Part shown: one piece after another, positions 25,380 through 39,764 of the stretch
How the letters are laid out: each line of letters opens with the position of its first letter
How positions within the stretch are numbered: the stretch's first letter is position 1
Assembly (NCBI RefSeq): GCF_001194135.2
Contig: NC_068989.1
Coordinates: 19,326,468-19,390,467 of the forward strand
Length of the DNA stretch: 64,000 nucleotides
Reading direction: 5' to 3'
Source: Octopus bimaculoides
Taxonomy: Eukaryota
The notes under the pieces: model-generated
The model's database searches: none
What the model saw: the letters and a program-made list of their open reading frames with translations, nothing else
What the model was told of the DNA's origin: nothing
Translations under genes and position numbers: made by a program

Positions 25380-26060
25380 GTGCTGTCCAGTGACTTAAAC
25401 GAGTAAAGAAATAAAATAAATTAGTCCAGAGATGTAAAAGCAAGGACCATGCTCTTTGTATAGATTGATGTCATTGCTAATCAATTTGAACATTTGTATG
25501 TACATTTGTTGAACATTTGCAAGAAGAATATGATTGGGACAGCAATATATGGGGTTGAAGAATTTCAAATGATTGGATTGTTGATTTGTGTATGTTATGA
25601 AAGGTGGGAAATTAAGATTATAGGAGGAGTGTGATGTATTTGTCACTTAACTCTGAGAGGAATAACTATGCAGCTAGCTCATTCAGAGGTGCAGAGTAAC
25701 ATCAGAAAAAACAAAGCGTTTAGATTTAGCATCTATGGACCAGAGGCTGTTGTGTGTGAGTGAGTGAAGCATTGTCAGTTAGTCAAATGGCTTTTGTTTG
25801 TGGGTGATCAAAGATCAGTATATTTGTGTAATAGCAGTATACTTCCAGATGTGACAGCAGCATAGAAATGTGACTTTAACTTGAACTTTGTAGAGGATCT
25901 GCATTTGGTCAGGATCAGGACTGAAGTATTTTCTGGCTTGGGAAAAGAATCTTAATTTTTGTGATGCAGTTTTGGTAATGTTACATATGTGGGATTGCAC
26001 CTGATACTTCAAGACATTAAGACCAAAACTCCATATATTACAGTGAAAATAAATATTACA
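25380..26060 (-). mobile_element. Decayed CR1/L2-group LINE fragment
   Basis: KTASQKLRFFSQARKYF..LYKVQVKVTFLCCCHIW..QPLVHRC..LCFF. Confidence 0.65.
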
Positions 26061-29000
26061 CATTACTCACCAAAGGTTTCATGAAAAAATTTTAATATAC
26101 TACATTTAAATCAGCTTTCAGACATCTGAAATATATCATAAGTCTGCTTTGAGAGTCAACCATATTTACCCTTCAAAATAAGAAGCTACAGAAAAAAAAG
26201 TCATGCAGTTTGTAAATAAGAGCCTTCAAAAGTAATTTCTAATATTGGTTTTAGAATATGTATTTTTGCCATAAACTACTGTGTGTGTGTGTGTGTGTGT
26301 AATTGTGTTTTAGTGTGTGAGTAATGACTGACACATGTAGGCCTGCTGCCACAGATTTCTTCCTAAGTCTTTTTTTCTGATGTCATTCATCATCCTTGAC
26401 AATATGACAATGTACAGTATAGCATGGCAGAAAGTAATGATCCAGTGGTGAACTGTTACTGTTGAAGTGTATGTCTCCATTATATATTGCCTTCACAATG
26501 GACTTACACTTACACACAGACACACATATGCACAGAGTGATATAAATATAACCCTCAACCAAACTCCACTTATTTTTATTAAATCATTAAATTATTTTTA
26601 TTATTAAATTAGTCATTTTTATTAAATCATTATGTGCAGGCATGGCTGTGTGCTTAAGAAGTTTGCTTCACAACTAAGTGGTTTTGAGTTTAGTCCCATT
26701 GCAAGGCACCTTAGGCAAGTGCCTTCTACTATAGCTAACGAAAGTTTTGTGAGTGAATTTGATTGGTAGAAACTGAAACAAAGCTCCTCATATATATGTG
26801 AGTGTTTGTGTGTGTCCTTGTCTTTGACATTGTTTGCTAATGGTAAACAGCATTGTCACACAAGCAGTGTTGTTTGTTTGCAATCTTCAATGAAAACATA
26901 TCTGGACTGAAACAGGTGAAGGTTAGAAACAGGAGAGCATCCAGCCACAAAATATCTAACTCAATGAATTTTGTCTGACCCATACAAGCATGGAAAGACA
27001 GACATTAAAACCCAATGCTGTCCAAACAGATGGGATGGTCACAGATATGGAATGTCTTTGATCATGCATGTGCTCATCAGAGGTAACCTGGAGCCAAACA
27101 ACAGCAGATGTAATCCACCACAATCTATATATTCATATTGAATAGGGTTACAAGATTGATGTGTAATTGTTACACTTGTCAAACTGATTTCTACACAATG
27201 TTGTTTCTCTAATTGCTGAAACAATAGCATAGATCTTTTGTCAAGCTTGATAACAAATGAGCAAGTACAGATTTTATAAACCTTCATTGCAGACCTGACT
27301 TTTTATACAAATTTTAACATTTGTCACTGAGGGAAAGCAAATATAAAAATGGTAGTGATGATATGATAATCTTTGCTTTTATTCCCTCCTCTTACCAAGA
27401 ACCCTCATGTAGCTGTCTTACTGTTTCTCTCTTCCATTGTTTGCTTTCCTGTTACCTCCTCTCCCTACATCTCCGGTTCTCTCCTTTTACTCTTCCACTT
27501 TCTCATTGTGGTTATTTGTCATCCAGTTGTATGGAACAGAAAATAACAAACAGAGATAATGCATGGAAAATAAGACTCTCTTTAGTTGTGCTTGAGATGA
27601 AACAACTGCTTTGGAATGAATGAACAGTCTAATTTGTCTTGCAGGGACGACAACACAACCTCTCTAATGTCAATCATTAAAGGATACAAAAATTATTTCA
27701 GAGAGAACATTTATTTATATTGAAAAAGAAAAAAATTATAATCTATTATTTTGAAAATTGTGAATACTATTTTTTAAAATTAAATTTTGTTAAATGACAC
27801 ATTATCTTGGAAAATCCTAGAATTTTTTCATAGAACCCACTTTAGGAGAAACTCTAATTGATCAAACTCTTGTAGGAGGTATCCCAGCATGACTGCAGTT
27901 CAGTGACTGTAACTAGTTTTTGAAATAAAGAAACATTATCATTGTTGTCGTTGATGTACTTCGGCATGATTTCTTCAGCTGGATGCCTTTTCAAATGCTG
28001 ACTATTTTACAGCATATACTGGGTAATTTTTACCATACCACTAGCACAGGTGAAGTCACCATGCAGCTTTGCAAGATTATAAACCCCAAGAGAGATGACT
28101 TTATGCTATGAGATGAGGGGTTAAAGTTTGAGAGAAGGGCCAGAGCAGAATATGTTTCTTGCTATAGGGGGACAGCATGGTTGCTCATATTTTAGAAGAG
28201 AGATGGGAGCTGGGAAGAGATAAAATTAGTGATGATAGGAGCTAGGGAGAGATAAAATTAGTAATGATGAAATGTCTACGAGGTGAACAGAAGTGTGTAG
28301 GGACAGGATAACAGGGAGTGCCAATGGTTAGAGGTTGTGAGGATTTATGGGAGAGTAAGAGATGGTTAGAGATTGGGAGTAGGTTGTGAGCCTGTACACA
28401 GGTAGTCAAAATAAAATCACTCATCTGAAAAAGAGTTAGATTGAAGCTCTGAAGGGCCTTGGTTCAATCCTGGATTTCAGCATGTAGATGTGGTTCTATC
28501 TTGTTCTCGAAATAATTACTTAACAAAACTTCTGTTGTTTGACATAGATAAAGAGGACGATATCAGATGTTTCAGTCTTATATATACACATCAATGCATA
28601 ATTGTTATCATAAAAATCATCTTTGTCAATGTCATCATCATCACCTCCACCACAGTTATCAAAAACAGCAACAACAACAACAACAAAGTGATGGATTGGC
28701 AAAATCATTCGGTCTTCAGAAAAAGTGCTTTGTGGTATTTTTTCTTGCTTTTTATATTTTTGAGTTCAAATTCTGCAGAGATCAACCTTGCCTTTTATCC
28801 GTTCAGGAATGGTAAAATAAAGTATCAATCAGGTACTGAAGTTGATGATATTAACTAACACTGCTCCACTGAAAATTGCTGCCCTTGTGCCGAAATTAGA
28901 TAGAAAGAATTATTATTATTATTATTATTATTATTATCATTATTATTCAGATTCCGCCAAGGTCAACTTTACCTTTCATCCTTTCACGATTGATAAAATA

Positions 29001-29083
29001 AGTACCAGTTCAACACCAGGGGTCAATGTAATTGACTCATCTCCTCCCCCAAAATTGCTACCCTTGTGGCAAAATTTGAAACC

Positions 29084-29114
<31 letters not shown>

Positions 29115-32100
29115 CATTGTGCCTATAACAGAAAGGATTATTATTATTATCATTATCATCATTATTATTAAATGCATTCAATGTAAAATATGTCTTCGAC
29201 ATCTGTTCTAGCACAGCTGTATATCTGCTTATGAAAGCCAATCACTTTTAAGTAACCCAGCGTTATTTTAATTGTCACTTGAGTGCTATTAAGGGAATCT
29301 TTCAAAATTCCTTAAGTACCGTGATAAATATGAGGTGGTATGGGTTAGATCCCACACTTCTACTTCACTTGGAACTGTTTTTCTTCTCCCCTCTCTCTCT
29401 TTGTGTTTTTTTTTTTGGTGGGGGTGCTTATTTGTTTGTTGTTGTTTTCGTGAAGTGATTACTTCAGAGGAAGTAAAGAAAGGCAGAACTGAAGAAACAA
29501 TGAAATAATAATAGTTGTGATTATAGAGGATGTTGTGCCTGTGTAATGGTGATAGCGGAGGTGGTGGTGTGCTGCATGTTATTATGGTGATGTTGTTGAG
29601 ATAGAATTGCAGACGCTGTTGAGGATGATATTAATGTTGCTGATGTCATTGTTGAGAGTGATGTTAATGTTGCTGTTTGACCCCACATCAGCTCTGATGA
29701 AGCAAAACTATGACCACAGGCATACCAATCATAACCGACCTATCTTTCAGGTTTCAGATCTCTCTGCCCATTTTTCAAGGATCTTCTTTAGCCAAATTTT
29801 TTGTTTGTTTTGTGATGATATTTCCTCAAGTATTCATTTTCATCAGTCAGTTTTCTGTAGAATTGTAAAACAGGAAGCTGTCCTTTGCAGAGATATTGAA
29901 ATCATTAACCTTTTAATATTTAAACAGGCCATACTCAGCCCAAATATTTGATCTGTTTTATCTTCAAACTGGCCAAGTCTGGTCTCTCACACCTTCCCTA
30001 CAATGTCCCTAAAAATAAACGATCACATAACCATGATCTCAAAGCTATGTGATAATGCATTATCAATTTAAACAATGTGAATAAATGATACATACAGAGA
30101 GAGTGGAAGAGAGAAAAAGAGAGAGAGATAGTTAAAAGACTGTAATAATAAAAAACTGCATATATGTATAATTCTCCATCTTTATTTTAATGTCAACACG
30201 GCCACAGTCTTTGGGCTGAAACATATAAAAGAAATATTGTGCTCCAGCATGACTGCAGCTTTAAAGCTGAAACATATATATATTTAAAGAATATATATAT
30301 ATAGATATATATTTTTATTTATGTATATATTAATATTATCTTGGTTGAAAAACTTTGAGAATGCGAATATGTTAATAGTTACCAGGGTAGCAAAAATCGC
30401 ACAAAAACTGGGATATTATACCCGGTTAAGGGGTAGAAATTCCATGTTAAAGTGATGTGTTTTGAGTTGATATAAAGAATAATAATAAATGGAGCAAAAC
30501 GCATATAATCAATTTGCTCCATTTATTATTATTCTTTATATAGATATATATGTACACACACACACACATATATACATGATGGTATGATGGGCAAGGCTTA
30601 TATCAGCCTTTGTACAAATTCTTTTGATTTCATTTACATTGTCATCATCTGATTCATAATTACTTGTGTGTTCAGTAGCCGTATATTTTAACTTCCTAAA
30701 AATATCCATTAGTTCTCATGTAAGTATCTACAAATTAAGGGTAAGATTAATATATGTATATAGATTATAATTTCCTGTTTATTTATTTACTTGTTTTAGG
30801 AAGAATGTAGAATAAATGATTTAATTGATTAATAAAATAATGTTAGAGTAAGAAGATACAGTGTTTCCTCTTTATAAGGCGTCTCGCTATACCACGTCCC
30901 CACATATAACGTAGGTGGTTTGATGGACCCCAAATAATTTGAAGCAGAATTTCCATCATTATCGCTCACAACTTGCAAAAACCTTGATTAAAACCAGAAT
31001 TTCAGTGAATTTCAATGAAATACATACCTTAACCAACAGCTTGAAAATATTGCAATCGGTTACCATGTAATTGGGTGCCCATTACATGTTTTGTGTGCAT
31101 AATTTCTTTGATTTTGTGATGAAAACAACACCTTTTTGACCAGTGAGCACTTTTGGCAGTTTGTTTTCCATGATTTGATTGGATTGTTTGAAGAAGCTTC
31201 CGCCAATGAAAGGGTTCGAATGAGTCAAACGAATTGATATTAAACATACTTTTAAGGGCTTTCAAATCATTCACTAGGTGGCATGACATCAAAAATGCAA
31301 TGTAAAAGCATTTCATAAGTATTTATTGAAAATTCTTATTTTAGAGTCAACTACTTGTAAATATTTTTTTAAAGTTGTTCTAAGTGCTATAATTCATGAT
31401 ATTTTGTCAGTAATTTATTGGTATTGTAATAAAAAATGTTAAACATGATTGAATGTTTTTTTCCGTTCATGCACTTTACGAATCAAACCAAATATCTCAT
31501 TTTCTTCTATTATCGCCTGCTCCCCCCCCTTACCCGTAAACCTGTGGCCCGGATAGAACACAGTTGATTTTCTTGGACCCCATCACTCGTGCTATAGAGA
31601 GGGAACATTGTAATATAAAATTAAACTACTAATAGAAGTTTTTAAATAGTATAGGTATTTATCCAAAATCAAATCTATCTGATGCTCCTCTCTCTCTCAA
31701 CTAATTGTGAGTCAGTTCAACTGTGGCAGGCTTTTGTATACCATAACTACATCATATAAACCAAATATCTTCTGGTGAAATGCTGCTTGTACTATTAAAT
31801 ATTATATTATATATTGATTGGTTTAAAATTTGTGGTGTCACAGTAATTGCAAATTCAACACTAATTAAAGGTACTGTCATTATTTAACATAATCAAGGTG
31901 GCAAGCTGGCAAAATTCTTTAGCATGTTGGGAAAAAATGTTTAGCAGCATTTATTCTAATACTTAATGTTCCGAGTTCAAACCTCTTTCAGGTTAACTTT
32001 ACCTTTCATCCTATGAAGGTTGATAATATAAATACAAGTCAAACACTGGTGTCAATGTAGTTGACTCATCATTTCTCTCTAAAATTGCTGGCTTTGTGCC

Positions 32101-32163
32101 AAAATTTGCAAACATTATTTAACATAATTAAGGAGGTTACCACCTTCCCTCTCCTGTTCGTCG

Positions 32164-32549
32164 AGGCGCAATGACCCAGTGGTTAGGGCAGCGGACTCGC
32201 GGTCATAGGATCGCAGTTTCGATTCCCAGACCGGGCGTTGTGAGTGTTTATTGAGCGAAAACACCTAAAGCTCCACGAGGCTCCGGCAGGGGATGGTGGC
32301 GAACCCTGCTGTACTCTTTCACCACAACTTTCTCTCACTCTTACTTCCTGTTTCTTTTGTGCCTGTAATTCAAAGGGCCAGCCTTGTCACACTGTGTCAC
32401 GCTGAATATCCCCGAGAACTACGTTAAGGGTACACGTGCCTGTGGAGTGCTCAGCCACTTGCACGTTAATTTCACGAGCAGGCTGTTCCATTGATCGGAT
32501 CAACTGGAACCCTCGGCGTCGTAAGCGACGGAGTGCCAACAACAACAAC
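32164..32549 (+). mobile_element. Full-length SINE family A
   Basis: Head AGGCGCAATGACCCAGTGGTTAGG..GTTTCGATTCCC, CpG-rich body and (AAC)n tail. Confidence 0.88.
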
Positions 32550-35500
32550 CTTCCCTGTTCTGTTACATGTTCATTGTAACCATTAGCAAAATCATAATTG
32601 TGAAGTCCATCTTTTTCATGACCTGAATTAAAATCCTGTTGTAAACACTATCAAAACTTTTTTCTTCCATGGACTTTCCTCTCATAGATGTCAGATGAGG
32701 TGTTCTACAATTTCTTGCTTGACCAACTGGCACAGATGATATACTTTCTTATCACAGATGTGAGACTGAGGTGCACAGAATAACTTTGCTCAGTTAGATG
32801 CACACGATCACTACAGTCATTGTATGTGATTTAAACTCAAGATCTTACGATCATACTGATTAATACATATTTGTTTTGGGTTTAAGGATTAAAATTAAGA
32901 TAGTGGGAGCTGAGAAAGCAAAAGCTCTGTATGAAAATTCTCACCTCATAACCTTATTTCCTAAATAATCTTTCAAACATTCCTTGCAGCCATTTCTCTC
33001 CTACTTCACTGGCTTTAAGAACAGAGGGGAAAGTGAGGAAGAAATATGGGGCTTCTTAGCAATTTACTATATCAATCAGGGTGAAATATTTAGTAGGTCA
33101 ATTAAAAAAAAAAAAAAAAATAGTCANNNNNNNNNNNNNNNNNNNNNNNNNNNNNNNNNNNNNNNNNNNNAGTCAGCAGACAGAAGAGAGGGGTGAAGTG
33201 GGGCAGCATCTATGGAGGGGTTAGGGAGACATGATTGAAATGATATAAGTGGTACATTTAGTTATGCCCCGTGGCAGGATTTACTTTGTCACTTGGGATC
33301 TCTAAATAACCTGAACTACTGCCCCTATTTTATAGAGCCCTTTTTTTTCTCAAATAATAAGTTCATGAGAAATATTGTCTTATCAGTTCTTTTTTTTTCC
33401 CTTCTCTGCCCTGTTTTCCACGAATATTAGGATCTTTAAAGAACATGTGATAATGATGAACTAGGGCTAGTGTTATTGTTGTCTAAAGTACACAGGTAGT
33501 GTCACGAATGTCATCAAGGCCAATCACTTTCTCCATCTTCATCATTTTATAATGAACCATTCTATAGTATTTAATAAAATATTCTGGGCATAATTTTTTT
33601 TTTTAACTAAGTACAGGAGTCAATACATTCAACTAAAAATTCAAGGTGGTGCCCCAGCGTAGCCACAGTCTAATGACTCAAACAAGTAAAAGATAAAAGA
33701 AAGATATATGAAGTATCCTTAAACACTGTGTGTGTGTGTCTGTGTGTGAATGTGGGCATAGTATTTAATAAGGTTCTGAGAGTACATGAAGTATTTAATA
33801 AAATATGTTGAAATATTTGGGGTATATAAAGTATTTTATGAAAACCTATCTTTTACTTGCTTCAGTCATTGGACTGCGGTCATGCTGGAGCACTGCCTTG
33901 AAGGGTTTACTTAAATAAATTGACCCCAGTACTTATTTGTTAAGTTTGGTACTTATTCAGTTGGTCTCTTTCACCAAACTGCCAAGGGATGTAAACAAAC
34001 CAATATCAGCTATCAAGCATGGTGTGGGACAAACATTACACACAATAGGCCTCATGCAGTGGGACTGAACCCAAGAACATATGGTTGGGGCTCTAACCCC
34101 TTAACAAAGCCATGCTTGCACCTCCACAGCCATGCCTGTGCCTATATACATTTCAATGCAATATTCTGAGGTATACAATATATAATGAAGCCCTAAGTAT
34201 ATCTTTTATCTTTTCATTTACTTTTGATTGCAGCAATGCTGGGACACAACCTTGAAGGGTTTTAGCTGAATAAATCGCCCCCAGGGCTTATTTTTTTAAA
34301 GCCGGGTCCTTCTTCTATCAGTCTCTTTTGTTGAACTGTTAAATGACAGGGGAATAAACACCAACACTGGTTGTCAAGCAGTGGTGGGGGACACACACAA
34401 ACACAAAGACATACACACATATATATATTCAACGGGCTTCTTTCAGTTTCTATCTACCAAATCCACACACAAGGCTTTGGTCGGCTTGAGGCTACAAGTA
34501 GCAAACAATTGCCCAAAGTGCCATGCAGTGGGACTGAACCTGGGACCATGTGGTTGAGGAGCAAGCTTCTTACTACAAAACCACAGAGTATTTGATTAAA
34601 TAGGCTGAGTATATGAAGTATGGAGACTTAGTGAAACATTCTCAGCATTGCTATATAAATTCTATGTTAGAAAAGTATACATGAAAGGAGACTGCACTCA
34701 TACTGAGAAGTAAGATATATAACTGATGAAAGTTGGATAAAGAAATCCCAGACATTTTAAGTAGAGGGAACTTGTAAAAGAGAAAGACTGACAAGGAGTA
34801 CATGGGTAGATGTGGTGACACCTACAAAGAGACGGCAAAAAAACACAATAAGCAGTGAGATGCTGTTTTGGAGAAAACTGGCCCAACTTATGTAAGCATG
34901 GTAAACATGTGAAACTGATGATGTTGTTATTTTTCCTCTCTCTCGCTTTCGTCTTTATATATATCATCATGTAATGTCTATGTTCCATTCTGGTATGAGT
35001 TGGATTGTTTGACAGGATCTGATAAGCTAAAGGACTGCATCATGTTTCAGTATCTGCTTTGGCATGGCTTCTACGACTGGATGCCCTTCCTAACCAATAT
35101 ATATATATATATATATTTTCTACTATAATAATACTCTTGTGTTCTTTTCCATTGCAACATATGAATGAGAAAGGAAGGGGTGATAGATGAATAAGGAAGG
35201 AAGGGGTGATGACAAATTGGCAGAGGGGTGATGGAAATTCTACAGTGCAAAAAAAAAAAAATCAAACAGTGTTTCAACTCTGTGTGAGACTATGTGTGTA
35301 TCTGTAAAAGGGAGGTATGTGATTGTTTGTGTGTGTGTAATGGAAGTGGGATGGTGAATGAAAAATCAAACAGTATTTCCTGCTATACAAGATGTAGGTA
35401 TGGCAGAGTGGCTAAGAAGCTCACTTCCCAGTCATATGTCTTAAGGTTCAGTCCCACTGTGTGGTACCTAGGGCAAGTTGTCTTCTACTACAACTTTGTG

Positions 35501-37101
35501 TGAGTATATGTGTGTGTGTGTGTACAAAGGAAATATGTGAATGTGTGTGAACCAGCGTTCTTTCAGTAACAAATGATGATCGATGTCACATCTTAAAAGA
35601 CAACCACTAGATAACATTGACAAATGTATTAATTTGATTTACCATCCATATTCTATCTGTTTTAAAAATAATTATTACAATCACACATACCTACACAAAC
35701 ATATACAAACTCAGAGAAAATAATTATTGCCTGAGTGTATCAAGAATATAAAACAACTGCAGTTGAAAGAGATATTATAAATTTGGTAATATAAGAATTA
35801 TTAAACTAAAAACTTGGTTTTGTACCTTATTTATATATAAAATACTACAATTAGCTGTCATTTTTATGGCACAGGGCCAGCTAGTATATATATAGTATTA
35901 AAGGATTATGACGATATATGGAGAGATAGAGAGTGACAAAAAAAGGATATGAGAAGCAATGAAGAGAACATGGAAAATCGGATCTCTGGATGTCTAGTCT
36001 CATAAACACGACTTATATTGTGTGTAATATTGTTTACTTTAGACTAATGCTTCTCAAAGTGGTTGATATCACCTCTAGTGGGCTGTGAAAAATTTTCTGT
36101 GGGCACTAGAAATAAGGTAGGCAGTAAGAAAGTCATAGATGCATTTGTAGAGTTTTTATTTTTGAAGTTTTTGTTTCCTATTTAAATATTGTCTTGAAAA
36201 AATTTAAATGTAAATTTTATGATAAATAGTTTGGGCACAGGGATGATTGCATGGCCGAGAAGTTTGCTTCCTAACCACATGGTTTCAGGTTCAGTTCCAC
36301 TGCACACCACTTTAGGCAAGTGCCTTCTATTATAGCGCCAGTCCTACCAAAGCCTTGTGAGTTGATTTGGTAGATGGAAGCTCAAAGAAGCCCACCATGT
36401 GTGTTTTCCCACCTTGTCTTGACATCATGTGCTTGTGGTAAACAAGCATGACCATCATACAAGTGTTGTTCATTTCCATGTCTGGCCAAGGAAAAACGTT
36501 ACCTTTATTGGAAACAGGTGAGAGTTGGCTACAAGAAGGGTACCTGACCATAGCAAATCTGCTTCAACAAATTCCATTTGACGCATGCAAACATGGAAAA
36601 GTGAATGTTAAAACAGTGTTGATAATGATGATGATTGTTATCTACAATCACAATAGTAATAACAATAACATCATAAATAAAGACTTGAGATGTGAATAAT
36701 TAAATAAATAAAACTGAATATACACCATGTATGCATGTATGTTATAAACAATATATGGAAATATAATTTAAAAGGCACTGACAAAATTTGTGTATATTTC
36801 CTTACATGCACTTGATAGAATAATCTGAATGCTAAAGGGTTAATCATACATTATCTCATACCTTTGAGATTTCAATGATACTCTCTTACTACTCTTTACT
36901 CTTTTACTCATTTGACTGCGGCCATGCTGGAGCACCGCCTTTAGTCGAGCAAATCGACCCCAGGACTTATTCTTTGTAAGCCTAGTACTTATTCTATCGG
37001 TCTCTTTTTGCCGAACCGCTAAGCTATGGGGACGTAAACACACCAGCATCGGTTGTCAAGCGACGGTGGGGGGACAAACACAGACACGCAAACACACACA
37101 C

Positions 37102-37134
<33 letters not shown>

Positions 37135-37603
37135 CNNNNNNNNNNNNNNNNNNNNNNNNNNNNNNNNNNNNNNNNNNNNNNNNNNNNNNNNNNNNNNNNN
37201 NNNNNNNNNNNNNNNNNNNNNNNNNNNNNNNNNNNNNNNNNNNNNNNNNNNNNNNNNNNNNNNNNNNNNNNNNNNNNNNNNNNNNNNNNNNNNNNNNNNN
37301 NNNNNNNNNNNNNNNNNNNNNNNNNNNNNNNNNNNNNNNNNNNNNNNNNNNNNNNNNNNNNNNNNNNNNNNNNNNNNNNNNNNNNNNNNNNNNNNNNNNN
37401 NNNNNNNNNNNNNNNNNNNNNNNNNNNNNNNNNNNNNNNNNNNNNNNNNNNNNNNNNNNNNNNNNNNNNNNNNNNNNNNNNNNNNNNNNNNNNNNNNNNN
37501 NNNNNNNNNNNNNNNNNNNNNNNNNNNNNNNNNNNNNNNNNNNNNNNNNNNNNNNNNNNNNNNNNNNNNNNNNNNNNNNNNNNNNNNNNNNNNNNNNNNN
37601 NNN

Positions 37604-37816
37604 AACTTTCTCTCACTCTTACTTCCTGTTTCTGTTGTGTCTGTAATTCAAAGGGTCAGACTTGTCACACTGTGTCACGCTGAATATCCCTGAGAACTAC
37701 TTTAAGGGTACTCGTGTCTGTGGAGTGCTCAGCCACTTGCACGTTAATTTCATGAGCAAGCTGTTCCGTTGATCGGATCAACAGGAACCCTCGACGTCGT
37801 AAGCGACGGAGTGCCA
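37604..37816 (+). mobile_element. SINE family A, 3' half after a gap
   Basis: Matches 32325-32538. Confidence 0.8.
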
Positions 37817-39581
37817 ATACACAATGCCAGTGTATATAGCATTATAGAATAGAGTTGTAAATGTTCAATGAAGCTATTCTCCAACTGGGTCTTGTGACTC
37901 ATATATGAACCCTTACATATGACAGAGTCATAACAAAGAAAACAAAGCAATTTCAGGGAGAAAACAATATCAGTAGTTCATGTTTCAATTCTGCCTAATG
38001 AGAAATTATAGCATCACTTCTGCTCTCTTTGAAATATAAATATCCAATTTATTCTTAAGTGGATTGTAAATTCATTACTTTTGACAAATACATAATAAAT
38101 CTACGTCAGAAATATTAGGTACCTCATCTTGCTCTCTCTTGGCTCAAAGTTCACCATCTGGAACTGCTGTTTATATGTGTGTGTGTGAGAGAGTTTAACA
38201 AACCTGCTTTATAATCTCTAACAAAACAATAAACACTGTAAGTTACATTAACACTGAAAAGTTCACAAATTTCTGTAATTATAATTATTTTAATAATGGT
38301 AGTTAATAATTAATGATTTTCCTGCTATACAAGATGTAGGTATGGCAGAGTGGCTAAGAAGCTCACTTCCCAGTCATATGCCTTAAGGTTCAGTCCCACT
38401 GTGTGGTACCTAGGGCAAGTTGTTTTCTACTACAACTAAGGCCTTGTGGATTTGGCAAACAAGAACTGAAAGAAGCCTAGTATTTGTGTGTGTTTTTCTC
38501 CAAAATCTCTGAGCTATAAGTGATAACATCGTTGTTTTCTCTATCAACAAATCATTCACTGGTGTGGTGCCTTTGAAGACATATACAATAAGAGGTCCCT
38601 TGGAAAATAAGTAAGAGGTAGTGACAGGAAGGGTATCCAGTGTTGTTTTACAATGCCTCAATAATATATCTGTCTATCCCAAGCTAGTATTAAAAGACAA
38701 ATGATGTCATCATCATTATTGATTTAATGTCTCCTTTTCTGCACTCAGAAGAGAGTACATTGCTGCAGAGGTTTTTTTTTTTTTTTACAGCCAGTTGCCC
38801 TTTCTGTTGCCAACTTCCTTTATTTCCAAGTGAAATAATGACCTTACTATCTATCAAACACCATATCAGAACATGTCAAGAAGCTTGGACATGCTTTCAT
38901 GGTAAACTTCAAGCAAACAACACCATCAGGAGGCTGTTGTTTATATATACAATAGGTTTCTTTCAGTTTCCAGTTTCCATCCACCATGTCCCCTCACAAG
39001 GCTTTGGTCTGCTCAGAGTAGAAGGTGCCAGACTGGGATTGAACCCAAAACCATGTCATTGGGAAGCAAACTTCTTAAGTATTCAACTATACCTGTGCCC
39101 CCCCCTTCTCCTCCCCCCAAAAAAAAACATGCATATAGGCAAATACAGGTATATCAAATCCCATACAACACAAGTTCCTAATTTATTAAAACAATCTTCA
39201 CCTCTAGAGGATGTGTCACAATTTCCAAATAGCAATTAAGACCAGCTCTGTATGAGAAGGGGAGATATCTTCAAGACTTAGGAATTATCTAAATTTGACA
39301 TGTCTTTATGGAAAAGGATAGACTTTTCTGGAAATAAGAGGATAGTTATGGACACATGTTTTTGCTTCAAAAGGTATTATCAGCATGGCAACTGACAAAA
39401 GAAACTCAACCACAGCTACCATAAGCTTCTACTGGAAATAGCAGCCAATTTCCTTCTACTCACATTCTACAAGCTTAAAAAAAACGAAGGACGCATTGGA
39501 TAATGTAGTTTTAGATGTGTTTATTACTTCTGAATAAAAGATAGAGTGATTACAGCAGGAATGTCATTGTCCATTGGTTTA

Positions 39582-39764
<183 letters not shown>

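Noticed and set aside
27040-27090. Minus-strand CTGATGAGCAC as an HHR after a possible Penelope end
   Set aside because: No GAAA and no convincing stems; the peptide similarity upstream is too weak.
32164-32240. tRNA gene
   Set aside because: It is a SINE head that continues into a repeated body and forms no proper cloverleaf. The same applies to the other A/B-box heads.
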